Part shown: in pieces, positions 39,358 through 52,379 of the stretch
How the letters are laid out: every line of letters begins with the position of its first letter
How positions within the stretch are numbered: the first letter of the stretch is position 1
From: Hemiscyllium ocellatum
Taxonomy: Eukaryota
DNA length: 64,000 nucleotides
Assembly: GCF_020745735.1 (NCBI RefSeq)
Contig: NC_083403.1
Span: 102,944,378-103,008,377, forward strand
Direction: 5' to 3'
Notes under the pieces: model-generated
The model's database searches: none
What the model was told of the DNA's origin: nothing
Seen by the model: only the letters and a program-made list of their open reading frames with translations
Program-made: the position numbers and the translations under genes

Positions 39358-40029
39358 TTGCAAATAGGATTAAGGAGAATCCAAGGGGAATTTATAAATA
39401 TATTAAGGACAAAGAGGTAACTAGGGAGAGAATAGGATCCCTGAAGGATGAGCAAGGCAATCTCATGTGGGAGTTGACATGGGGCATGCTGACATGGGGC
39501 ACACAGACACAAGACAGCCACTGAGCAATAAATTGGTCGTTTCGCTCACAGGATGGTCACTGAGCCATTACGTGGAAAAATATAGCAAAGCATACACAGA
39601 TACTGCCTGAAGCTGACAGGATGCAAGCACTATAGACACAGAGCATGGATGATTAGTTTAAGGCAGGTGGGGGAGAGAATACATATCAGTAACGTCTACT
39701 GCTTGCCAAAGTGTCTGATTCCAGCCACTACCTTCAATAGAAATGTTAACTACCTGAGACTGCTTGTATACAAGTGAAAAATCACACAACACCATGCTTT
39801 GCTATATTTTTCCATGTAATGGCTCAGTGACCATCCTGTGAGCGAAGTGACCAATTTATTGCTCAGTGGCTGTCTTGTGTCTGTGTGCCCCATGTCAGCA
39901 TGCCCCATGTCAACTCCCACATGAGATTGCCTTGCTCATCCTTCAGGGATCCTATTCTCTCCCTAGTTATCTCTTTGTCCTTAATATATTTATAAAATCC
40001 CCTTGGATTCTCCTTAACCCTATTTGCAA
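39358..40029. repeat. 236-bp inverted repeat (39358-39593 / 39794-40029)
   Basis: About 6 mismatches by eye; also visible as the twin ORFs 39153..39521 (-) and 39866..40105 (+). Confidence 0.95.
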
Positions 40030-40376
40030 CACCGGCATCTCCAAATTATGTATACAAGTGTTAATACTTCAGATCTGCAGTAATGGAAAACAATCTTCCT
40101 TCTGAGGAAGAACGATCACGACCACTGAAACTGACAATGATTTTGTAATGGTTTTCTGTAAACAAACCATGCTGTACAAAGACTCAATACTTGAACTATT
40201 GTACCACAAAATGTATAAAATATCATGACATGTGCTCCAAGAGTGCGAGGAGGCTTGCAGCAGACTGCCATGCTGATGAAGTCTCTCCTCCCCAGAGCTC
40301 CGGTTCCTTTGTACAATAAACTCTGTCGTTCAATCCAGATTCTGACTCTGAGACTGCTAATTTTCCCCACTACACA
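39466..40376 (+). mobile_element. Probable retroviral solo LTR inserted in the CR1
   Basis: Interrupts CR1 collinearity; TGTGGGAG...CCCCACTACACA termini, TATAAAA at ~40214, AATAAA at 40315-40320. Layout resembles the ERV LTR at 60828. No clear TSD. Confidence 0.55.
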
Positions 40377-43300
40377 GCCTATTTGTGGAACCACAGGAGA
40401 TGGGGAAGATACTAAACGAATGTTTTGCACCCGTGTTTACTGTGGAGTAGGACATGGAAGACATAGAATGTGGGAAATAGATGTTGACATCTTGAAAAAT
40501 GTCCATATTACAGAGGAGGTGGTGCTGGATGTCTTAAAACACATAAGTGGATAAAACCCCAGGACTTGATCAGGTGTACCCTAGAACTCTGTGGGAAGTG
40601 ATTGGTGGGCCCCTTGCTGAGATATTTGTATCATTCATAGTCACAAATGAGGTGCTAGAAGACTGGAGGTTGGCTAACATGACACCACTATTTAAGAAAG
40701 GTGGTAATGGAAAGCCAGGGAATTATAGACTGGTGAGCTTGATATTGGTGGTGGGCAAGTAGTTGGAGGAAATTCTGAGGGACAGGATTTATATGCATTT
40801 GGAAAGGCCACGACTGATTAGGGAAAGACAACATGGCTTTGTGCATGGGAAATCATGTCTCGTGACCTTGATTGAGATTTTTGAATAATTAACGAAGTAG
40901 ATTGATGAAGGTACATCAATGCTTTACTGAAGTCCATATAGATACGTGATCTATATGGACTTCAGTAAAGCATTTGACAAGGTTTACCATGGGGACTGGT
41001 TAGAAAGGTTAGATCTCATGGAATAAAAGGAGAACTAGCCATTTGGATACAGAACTGACTTGAAGGTAGAAGACAGAGGGTGGTGGTCAAGGGTTGCTTT
41101 TCAGACTGGAGGCCTGTGACCAGTGGAGTGCCACAAGGATTGGTGCTGGATCCACTGCCTTTTTGTCATTTATATAAATGATTTGGATGTGAACATAAGA
41201 GGTATAGTTAGTAAGTTTGCAGATGACACCAAAATTGGAGGTGTAGTGGACAGTGAAGAATGTTACCTCAGAGTACAACGGGATCCTGATCAGATGGGCT
41301 AATGGGCTGAGCAGTGGCAGATGGAATGTAATTTAGATAAATGTGAGATGCTGCTGTTTGGAAAGGCAAATCAGCGCAGGACTTATACACTTAATGGTAT
41401 GGCCCTGGAGCGTGTTGCTGAACAAAGAGACCTTGGAATGCAGATTCATAGTTCCTTGAAAATGGAGTCATAGGAAGATAAGAGTGAAGAAAGCGTTTGG
41501 TATGTTTTCCTTTATTGGTCAGTGCATTGAGTATAGGAGTTGGGAGATCGTGGGGCTGTATCGGACATTAGTTAAGCCACTTTTGGAATATTGTGTGCAA
41601 TTCTGGTCTCCCTCCTATTGGAAGGATTTTGTGGAAGTTGAAAGGGTTGAGAAAAGATTTACAATGATGTTGCCATGGGTGGAGGATTTGAGCTACAGGG
41701 AGAGGTTGAATAGGCTAGGGCTGTTTTCCCTGGAGCGTCGGAGGCCTAGGGGTGACCTTATAGACGTTTATAAAATCATGAGGGGCATGGATAGGATAAA
41801 TAGACAAGATATTTTCCCTGGGTTGGGGGAGTCCAGAACTAGAGGCAGAGGTTTAGGGTGAGAAGTGAAAAATTTAAAAGGGACCTAAGGGACAACTTTT
41901 TCACACAGAGGGTGGTACATGTATGGAGTGACCTGCCGGTGGAAGTGGTGGAGGCTAGTACAATTACAGCATTGAAAAGGCATCTGATGGCTGTATGAAT
42001 AGGACATGTTTAGAGGAATGTGGGCCAGGTGCTGGCAAATGGGACTAGATTAGGTTAGGATATCTGGTTGGACCAAAGGGTCTGTTTCCATGCTGTACAT
42101 CTCCATGACTCTATGATTCTAAGCTGTATGGGATGTATATGAAGCAATCATATCTGTATTTTAACTCTGTTGTAAGAGTAGCACCAAGCAGATTAGTAGA
42201 TTCCATCACGCTAACTTTAATTTTGCTCATGGCATCCAATCTCTGGTTGAGTAGATATCTCCGCACCCCCCTCACTTTTGCTGGTTTGTAATGACCATAA
42301 TGGGCTTTGCATGTAAACTTCTAGTTGCCTGCATGGGTGATTACTAATGGTGACTTGGTGGTGGGAAAACCATTCTGTTGTGTGTATGAACACTTCTGGA
42401 TATAAAAGAAAACATAGGGAATGCAAGTATAAAATATGTAAGCTTTTAACTAAGTGGTCAGGAAGTATTTCTTTTTGTAGGGTCATTAACAGGTCAGTGT
42501 GTGGGTTCCTTGCAAATGGTCAGCAGGGAGTTTATTACCTCATTGATGACTTGGAGTTGTCAATTTGCTTGGATTAACTTTAGGAGTTGAAATCGAACTT
42601 GTTGGGATTATGGTATGCGAGCACCTTTGCTCCCATTGGATATTACCTGGCTGCTGGCATATGAAGAAGCTAAGCTTGGGGACAGGGCTGAGAGATTTTA
42701 GGTGTATCATGCCTTACATGTGTGCTGGAAATAGGTTCACTGAACCATCATTTCTTAAGTATGTATAAAGCTTCTGATTAAAATCATAACATAGTTAATT
42801 GGAAGTTCTGGAACATTATTAGGTCTTTATTTTCAGAAACTCATAAGTTCATTCCAAACAGTGGTGCCTGTATCCAAGACTGCACTAAATCATATTCACC
42901 CATCTTCCATTTGTTAACCCACACTGGCTATTACTTTAGTAATGCCTCAAGTTTTAAGACTTTCTTCCTTGTTTTCAAATTACTCCATGGCCTCAACCCT
43001 CACCATCACCCTTCATACTTCTTTAACCTCCTACATCTCTCTGAGGTCTGTACCCTCTTCTAATTCAGGCCTGTTATGCATTCCCCATTTTCACTGTTCC
43101 ATTGACAGCCAACTAATAGGTTGCCAGGGCCCTAAGACCTGGAACTCTCTCCCTAAATTTCACCATCTCTCTCCACTCCTTAAATAGATCTCTTTGACCA
43201 AGCTTTTGGTTATCTGTTCTAATGAAGTTTTATGTTGATGTTTTTTTGATATTACTGCCATGAAGCACCTTGGGATGTTTCAATCCATTAGAGGTACTAC

Positions 43301-45062
43301 ATAATTGCAAACTGTACTAACTAACACAATGGGTCGAGATTTAATAGAGTGATAAAAATTGTCTCTTTGAGCTGAGGAAAATGCATGAAACTCAATTTCA
43401 AAATAAACAGTATACCTGATGCTTTAAGACATCAATGGGCAAGATATGAAGCTTTGTGAAGTGAAATTCTCACTGAAGTTCACTTGTCAACATTTTATTA
43501 ACTCAAAATTGCCTTGTTAATATATACACACATTTATTATCGATTTCTCCATTCAGCATTGCATATGGTCATTGAGTTTTAAATAACTTGGATTTTGTAG
43601 ATGTAATAATGGTAAAATAGTCATATTGACAGCAAATTCTAGACTGCATATGTGGAGTTAAACATGAAAATCTAGTCTTCCTGCCAGAGATTTTACATTT
43701 CCTCATATATTATGCTGTTGAAGTTTCCACAGATTACAAGTTGTAAATGCAATCTTAAATATAAAATGATACTATGAAGATGTCCACACAGGCACAATCT
43801 TTAATGTATTATTGTTACTTTTTCTTTCAAACAGTAGAGTCAAACATTCATATTTGATATTTTTCTAAATTGCCAGTATTTACAAATGTGTGACAATGAT
43901 CATTAAAATTAGCATCACTGTAGCTTAGCATTGTTGCATTGTTGTATGTTATCAAAGACCTGATTTGTCATTCCTTTAAGCTTAATTACATCTATCATTC
44001 CTTGGCTAACAGGATGAACAGAGATTGTCAACCAGCCCTTTGGTAATATTGTTCTATAACCAGCAACTAGAATGCAGAACAGAAAAAAAAACGAGCAATG
44101 TACTTTTATTTTTTCTTCAAGAAATTCAAAGATCAGGAGGAAGTTACAAAGGTGAAGCGGTTGAAGCCATGGGAGGGAATTGAAAATGAGTATAAAGTGA
44201 TAAATGTAAGATAATGATGAATAAATCTGGTGGGAATTCAATAGAACGCCTTTGCTCAAAGAGTGATGAGCAACTTACTGTCAAATCAAGTACTTGATGT
44301 GAACAATACAGATGCCTTGGAAAGTTGAACAAAACATGGAGAACAGATTAGAAGGGTACATTAATAAAATGTGAGAAGAAGAATAGGAGTAGGTTCATGT
44401 GGAAGATAAATATCAAGCTGAATACCCTGTATGCACTATAAACTCTATATTTGATGTTGGAGATTATGAGTATGAATCCATTTAAATTCTCTGTGCAACA
44501 CAGTATGATTCTTTCTGTGATGTTTGTTTATTATTTTCTGAAAGTAAGTAACTACTTGATGTCTTAACATTTGTCACTCCATGTTTGGGCATGCTGTCTG
44601 GAACCTGGATGCTCTCCATGGGAAGGGGAGAAAATCATTTGGCAAATCTCCTATCCAACATTTCACATACTTCCCAGTGGCTAGTTACCAAACAAGATTG
44701 AACTTCAGAAATACAATATGCTCTATTAAGGTCATTGGAAAGCAGTACTCCAAATAATTAAATAAACCCTTAGGGGAAATGAAAGGAACAAACAATCAGT
44801 TTCCATCCAGTGACCTTGGTGAATAAACATAGCTGCTGTTTTCAGAACTGCACACTTGTATTTTTTCACCAGCAGGTGAAGTAAAAGTATGAACTCAATA
44901 GCTTTGCTTGGAAAATGAAAAATGGAGTTATAATTCTTGTTAGTTGCAAGTACGTTCAAAGCATTGAGCTATCATAGCATTAATGTCAAAATGTGCACTC
45001 ATTTTAAAAAGAAAACTCAACACCTATTTTTAAATATAATGTTTTCAAAGAGTAATTTCTAT

Positions 45063-45343
45063 CTAACAGTTGTGACACACAGAAGAGTGAACATGTCCAA
45101 ATTTTTGATAAAATTCATTCTGGGCACGAATCAAAGCCTCTTCATCTATGTACACTGCAGGTCGTTTGCCGCTTACAAAGTACTGAACTTTTCTAAGATT
45201 CCAACCAATTATGTACATTAGGTACCCACATACTGCAGCAGTCGATCTACCCACACCTGCATTACAATGGACATAGACAGTATGGCCATTTTCCAGCAAT
45301 CCATGAAGCAAGTACACAGCTTGAGGCAGCATCTTCACCCGAC
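45063..45343 (-). CDS. EPM2A: Laforin terminal exon 4 (catalytic HCNAGVGR)
   Basis: acatcAG|GT CGG GTG AAG ATG; [39 protein letters not shown]...[12 protein letters not shown] then TAG; intact CX5R motif. Confidence 0.96.
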
Positions 45344-48300
45344 CTGATGTGAAACAAGCCAGAGAAATCAAAAAAATGTGAGACAGTTTCATCGGATTGA
45401 AATGATAACTAATCAAAAAAAGAGCAAGTTGAATATTTTGTTGTTTATCTGCAACGGCAATTGAGGAAATGAAAGAAAGACTTGAAATATTTGTGGAGCT
45501 AGATATGTTTAACCCAGGTAGTGTTTGTATCACTGAGGATTTGTCAAAGGAAGCCTCAAATTTCATTCTTAATCCTTTAAATTGTTCAATGCAATAGAAG
45601 AAGGGAAAACTAACCGTAACAATTGTAATATTGCACTTTGTGCACTTTTGGCATTTTATAACTTGGACATATGCATTTAATTTATTAATTGCAGCTGAAA
45701 CATTACCAGGATGCTGAATGAATTTATGGAGTTTGTCAAGGCTATCACTGCAAGGAATTACATAATACGTAAGACAATTTCTTTATTCAGAGTACGATTA
45801 TAATTACCCCAGAAGGAATAGTTAAGATGAATAAGGGGAAGCTAAGTAAGTACGTGAGAGGTTTAACAATAAAGTATACAAGGATACAGCAAGATAAAAG
45901 TGGGATGAGTTTGTACTGAATATATGCTGTTGGGTCAAATTACTTCTTTGTAAAGTTCTGCATAATTTTCAGAATTTTCTTTCATTGATGATTACCAGGA
46001 AACTGGTCATTCATTAAATATCAGGAATTGCTGTTTGCAAGCAGTGCCCCTTCCCTATTTCAACAAGCAGTTATACGAATTAACTAACAAATCCCCAGAA
46101 ACTTTTGCTAAATAGAATTTTTTCATTAGAAGTGTCAGAACAGTGTAAACTTTGGCTAAGGTAAGTCTTGATAAGACAAACAATGTGAACAAATAAGTAT
46201 TTGTCTATTAAAGACACTGTATTCTTACTTACTATTTCATTCTTTGAAATTTCTCTCACAGTCAGGTGTTCTGCTCCACTGTGGTTTGGACAGTGTATGT
46301 TTTTTGTTCCAATTATTGGAATAAGGGCATTGCAGGTTGCGTCAGCATCAATCAATATGCTATCTGTCCCTGTGTCCCTATTTACTCTGCATTTTTCAGG
46401 AATCACTGCCTTGACTGCCCTTGAACATATCTTAGGAAAACCAAGATACTGTATATCTAGATTTCTAAAAAATATTTGATGAGCTGGATTAGATAGTGAA
46501 TTATAAACTAAGCAGAACAAATAGGATTGAGAGCAAACTGTTTACAAAGCAGAGAATAGAAGAAAATGATACTTTTGGAGTGTCAGAAGGTTTAATATGG
46601 TGGTTCATAAGGATCAGTGCTGAGACCATGATTTTTCACCATTTATATTCATGATTTAGACTTTGAAATCAAAACACAATTTCTAAACTTCCAAATGTCA
46701 TCTAATTCAGAGAGCTGGTCAATACTCAGGAGGATTGCAAGAATTTACAAGCATAAAAAAAACTTGCAGAAAGGCACATAATTTGCAAATTAATTTCAAT
46801 GTGAATAAGAAACACTTGTTGAGTACTATGTACAGTTCTGGTCACCATATTTTAAAGAAGATGTGGAGCATTGGACTGGATTAAAAGATTTACAAGTGTA
46901 ATAACAGAACTGTGAAATCATACTTATCAAACATAACTTGTATTTATACAGTGTTTCACAGAGAATGATGCCCAAGAAGTGAGAATTTGATGGATTTGAA
47001 AACAGGGATTTTAAATGTTAAAATGGAGGCACTGTTTAACCAGAACCATTGTATAATCAGTGAATGCAGGGGTGATGGGTGAACAGGATTTGATGCAATA
47101 AGGACAAGACAGAGTTTGGGAATAACCTCAGGCTTAAGGCATGTGAGGTGTTAGCCTGGAGGACATTAAAATAGTCAAGTTGAAATATAACAAAGGTAAG
47201 GATGAGGATTCCAGCAGGTGGGCTGAGGCACAGGTACAGTTGGGCAACGTTATGTTGTTGAAAATAGGTCTTAGTGATGCCTTTGATATGCTGTCTGGTC
47301 AAATACAAAATCAAGGTTGTGGACAGTCTGGCTCAGTCTCCAACAATTATTGTTGAGAGAGATGGAGATAGAAATAGAATTTGTAGTCCAGATGGAAGAT
47401 AAGAGCTTTAGTCTTCCTAATAGTAATTCAGAAGACATTTCTTTGCGAGGTCTCTGTAATTCTGAAATTTGTTTCTTAAATTCTTTCAGTATAATCAACA
47501 TTTGCAGCCACTCCCTGGTGACAACATAATGTTAATTCTCCCAAAACTAACTTTTAAAACAAAAAATAAGATTTAACAGTGTGTATAGTAAAGCTGTGGT
47601 GAATGATTTCTTTCAGTTCCAAAAAGTTCTCTCTGAATCCTGATGGATTACTCAACAGCAAAGACTAGGTTTCCAAGTCTGCTGTTTACTAAGAAAAACA
47701 AATTCTTGAGAGGATATTTTGTCTGGTGCCAGCCAAACTACCAGAGGTACAGACAATCTACAACCTGACAACAAGCATTCAGGTTAATTTTACTTTGTCT
47801 TTTAGAAGTTTTAATGTTTGAAATATCCTGGGAATTTGTGAAATAAGAACGTTCAAAGGAAGAAGTGAAAATTTCTTATATTAGAAGTTATATTTGCTGT
47901 ACTTGCTGGCTTTCACTGCCTCCTGATCTCAGGATGTCTTGATTTAAATGTTTTTTATCGTTATTTTCAAATCCCTCCATGGCTTTCCCACTGTTTAGTC
48001 TGTCACTCCTCCAAACCTATAAACCTCGATCTCTGTGCTCCACCATCTCTGAACCCTTGTCCTCCCTTCACTTCCTTCACATTAACATTGATGGGTGTGC
48101 CTTCCAGCTGTGTTGGCTTTCATTCAGGAAATCCGATCCAAACCTCTCTGCCTCTCCATCTTGACCGAGCTTTTGGTCATCTTCTTTAGGTCAGTGTCAA
48201 GTTAATGGTTTAATTACATTCCTGTGATGAAACTTGGGATGTTTCACTAGACTAAAGTCATTGTATATATAAAACTTTTACTAATTAATTGTGAGCCCAT

Positions 48301-48413
48301 ATAATATGTTCATCATTCTATTTATTTTCCTATATGTTGTAATCACTCACTCCTGAAGACTTTATAAAGTTTCTGGCAGTAAAGAACAATAGTTAAGACC
48401 AATGTGCATTCAC

Positions 48414-48655
48414 CTTCTGTACTCATGTCAGGAGTTGGCATCCATACGTAGGCTAAGCCTGCATCTTTGTACAGTTCCATCATAAATTCAGGTTTCATTG
48501 GTTCCGCTTTGCGGTTACATCCCCATGAATTGTGGTCCACATCCCATTCTGTCTGGAAGTTCATCACCGCAGTCACTCCCAGCTCATGCTTGAGTTTGAT
48601 GGTCACATGTTCCACCTGTCGTGGACAGCTGCCAAGCCAAATCTTGGGCAGAATC
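48414..48655 (-). CDS. EPM2A: Laforin exon 3 (DSP domain N-half, D-loop TPD)
   Basis: ttccAG|G ATT ... GAA G|GTgaa; 242 nt, [81 protein letters not shown]. Confidence 0.96.
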
Positions 48656-49279
48656 CTGGAAGGGAATCAGAACAATATTCAGCTCTTTGTGAATGTATTC
48701 CACTTGTTATGTCACATAGAAGCAACCCACTTTAAAATGAAAAACAAAAGGCAGTTTACACCCATTTAGAACTGAAGAAAGTACAGCATATGTTTAAAAT
48801 AACTAGATGGATACCTGCAGATTAAATTTCCAATATATGCTTTTCAAAAACCCCCTATTCAATTGTTAATAAAGGCATCTACAGCGATCTAGGTGTCTTT
48901 GTGTGTAAAACTTGATTTGTGTGATCTCCTGGTCTGGTCTTAATCACTTGAAGAAGAAGAATTTTCTAAAGTATTTTTTTCAGTTAGCGGCTTTGGGATT
49001 TATGCCTCTCACAAGATATTTTATGGCTAATGGTTGTTAAGGTGTGGAAAGGGTATTGAGTTTTGTGCCTCTGCCCATTGTGGTATGGGAAAGGCACAAT
49101 GAACCAAATGATCTTTTCTCTCAGTTTCATACACAAAGTATGATATTGTAACGAAACACAGCAACAAAAGTCAGCCAAAAGTCTTTCATGCCTACACTCC
49201 TCTATGTTGCCCAAGATAAATTAAATTGACGAAGAAGCAGTAATATAAAGCCTGGCTTTGTAAAATGAATAAGTCATCT

Positions 49280-50150
49280 GTTGAGATGCTCAGGGAAGTA
49301 AAGGTGGAAATTACAGAAGGACTGGCTATAATCTTCCAATAATTCTTAGATTATGGTGCCAGAAGACTGGAGAATTAAATATGCTACACCCTTGTTCAAC
49401 CAAGGCTACCAGGATAAACCCAGCAGCTACAAACCAGATACTTTAACCCCAGTTGGAGCAACAGCTTTCAGAAATGATAATTCAGCACAAGATTACTGTG
49501 GTTTAATTGAGAAAAAAACAGTACAGATGTGTTGAAGTGTTTAACTATTTGATTACATTTTGTTAAGATGACATGGAACTGAAGAGTGTATGAACTTCCA
49601 AGAGGTATTTGAAAATGCTACATAATTGGCTTGACAGCAAGGTTGGAGCCCTTGAAACTGAAGGGATAGTAGTAGCATGGGTGTGAAGTTTGTTGAGTAA
49701 TGGGAAGCAGAGAGTAGTGGTAAACAATTGTTTTTCTATCCTGAAGGAAGTTGAATTACTCAGTAGACATTTGATCTGCATTTGTGACCTAAACTTGCAT
49801 GTAAAGGTTCAATTTCAAAGTCAGCAAATGACACAAAACTAGCAATTGTTAGGAACTAAAAGGACTGTGATCAGACTTGCAGGAGATGAAAAGAGATTTA
49901 CAGATTGAATGTATAAATAGCAGATAAAATTTAATGCAGAGAAGCAAATCTGATGCATTTTAGATGAAACAATAATGACAGACAATATAACATAAACCTT
50001 GCAGTTCTAATGTTAATGCAGGAGCAGAGAGACCTGTGACAGTATAGAATAAATTGTTGAGGGCATGTGGTAGGTTCAGAAATTGGTTAAATTGACATAT
50101 GGGATCCTGGGCTTTATAATGTAGAAGTATTAAGTACAAAAATAAGTTAT
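49280..50150 (+). mobile_element. Old CR1 ORF2 fragment
   Basis: VPEDWRIK..TPLF..DKPSSYKP (ORF 49353..49535). Confidence 0.7.
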
Positions 50151-51644
50151 GATTAAAAAAAAGGGTTCCACCTTAACTGGGCCAGAGCCCAGGAGCAGGG
50201 GTTACAGAAGGTGATGATCACCAGGACTTATGTCTCTGGGGGGGTGCCTGTTTATTGGCCAACCACCCTGTTAATCTAGATCCAAAGCAACCAGGCATGT
50301 CCTTCTAAACAAAAGCTATTGTTGGCCAAGTGAGATACATCAGATTCTGAAAATCGTTTGCTTCTCACATGTTAGGACTGTTCTACTGGAAGTGGTTGGA
50401 AGTTGCTGGGTCACAAGATGAGGTGAGCTAATGTGCATAGTGACTCACACTACACAAGAAGTACCCTTTTGATCTCTGATGTGTATGAGCCTGCCCTGGA
50501 CCATTTGCCCTTGACATCTCAAATTCTGACCTTACTCCCTCTCGATAGTGTCAAATGATGCCTGATGATTTCTTTGCCAACTCTACACCCACTCACTATC
50601 TGGTAAGTGATTACGTTGATTCTATTTCAAAGGCTCAAAATAGTACATCTGATGTCACGAGCTACAATGTGATACTAATGCAGAAAAGGCACCTTATTGC
50701 TGAGTAGGATTGGTGAGTATTTCTTGTCTTTAAAGAAAAAAATAAGTTTTATTTAGTTTTGTGTTTCAGTTTCTATTCTGTTTTCCCTCTTACACACAGC
50801 TTATTAATGAAAGATTGATAATAATGTAATGAAAGTTAATTAGAATGAAGTGTAAAGAGTGGGGGCTTCTAGTGTAAAGAGCAGAGATATTACAATAGTT
50901 AATCAATAAATTAAATAAAATATAATCATGATGACAGAATGGGTGATGTATTCCTGTTGCAGCATGTGGAAGCTGCTAGACATCAATGTAATCCAGTGTG
51001 AACATAACTGTAATAATTGTTTACAAGTCCAGGAACTTCAGATCTTAGTTGAGGAGCTGATTTCAAAGCTGAAAACATTGCACCAGCTCAGGGAAGGGGG
51101 AAGTTACTTGAACACTTTTATCCAGAAGTCAGTCACACCCTCAGACTAGCTTATTCATATTTAGTTTGCAATGAGGCAGGTGTAAGAACACTGCGGGATT
51201 TGTTGAGGAGCCTCAGTCCCTACAATTATGAGATTCTTGCAAACCATGTGGACGAGAGCAGGGACTGCAGGGAGGATGGGTGAATTGTCATAGCACCTTG
51301 GTACAGAGAGCCAGTCAAGTGGCAGGAAAAAATTCGTATTCTTCATTGTCACTGGGTCAAAATCATGAAATTCAACTTCTAACACCACAGATTGCAATAT
51401 TGGAAAAACATTTACAGAGCATTTGAGAAGAGAGCAGATTAATTAGATAACTGTATCTTAGCCAGCACAGACACAATAGGCTAGATTGCCTTTCTGTAGT
51501 CTATCATTTCAAGAATTTATAACCACGGTTCTCACAGTTGAAGTAAGAATTGGAATTACAGAGTCACTGAATATAGGTGTAGAACAGTTAGAGCTGGTTG
51601 TTATTAAAAAAAATGGGTCCCAAGAATAACTTGAAGAATGGATG

Positions 51645-51775
51645 TCACGATTTGGATGTGCTGGTGTTGGACTGGGGTGGACAAAGTTAAAAATCACACA
51701 ACACCAGGTTATAGTCCAACAGGTTTATTTGGAAGCACTAGCTTTCGGAGCGCTGCTCCTTCATCAGGTGGTTGT
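51645..51775 (-). mobile_element. Short terminal fragment of a third Penelope-like family
   Basis: AAAATCACACAACACCAGG.. end shared with the remnant at ~39775-40050; terminates just past a hammerhead motif. Confidence 0.6.
51736..51770 (-). ncRNA. Minimal hammerhead ribozyme motif, second sequence family
   Basis: CAC-CUGAUGA-A-GGAGC-AGC-GCUCC-GAA-AGCU-A-GUG: stem I 3 bp, stem II 5 bp, palindromic stem III AGCU. Confidence 0.72.
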
Positions 51776-52379
51776 CAAATTAATAGGCGTCCAAAGCATT
51801 AGTTATCACACAAATTAAGATACATAGAGATATTTATAGCCATAATTCCATCTTTCATATCTTTATTTTCAATCAGCCATTCTCCCTTGCCAAGTTTTAA
51901 CAAGAATAATTCTTTGAACATTCTAGTTTAATTTTGATTGAAAAATTAAATAATTCAACTGCTGAGAGTAATCATACAATTAATTAAAAAGTCTCCCTTA
52001 CGTGTTATGATATCAAGTAACTACATTCCATTCCAGATGTCATTTTGGAAGAAACATGCTTGAAGAATCTTTAAGTTCCATAAAAATACTACCTAATTCA
52101 TATTTCTGCACAGTGAGATCTACACAGGAATGAAAGAAGCCTACATCATAATTCCTTATTGACAAAAGCTCTCTGAAACAACTTCTAATTCCTATTGACT
52201 AATTGGACTTTGCAAAAACATACCTATCCAAAATGAAGCAAACTTTTACAACATTTTTCATTCATTCTTTCAGTAGAATCTCACTTAAAAAGCAAAAGTT
52301 AATATGAAGAAATTGAGAACCAATCACTTCACTACAGAATTCAGCAGAAACATTTTAATCCAGAGAGTGATGAACGGTC

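Larger units (their letters stand above)
38255..42120 (+). mobile_element. HER1-like CR1 LINE ORF2 (endonuclease to 3' end), rearranged and interrupted
   Basis: Collinear with 22870-25520 (EVIWVDLRNRKG..GLYYRPP; KFADDTK at ~41215; tail at ~42090-42120). Confidence 0.9.

Noticed and set aside
45344-45566. N-terminal part of ORF 45063..45566 as coding
   Set aside because: It lies upstream of the exon 4 acceptor, is low complexity and has no laforin similarity.
50170-50610. Higher-GC unique-looking stretch with donor-like GGTAAGT on +
   Set aside because: No convincing ORF, acceptor or recognisable homology; cannot be supported without a search.
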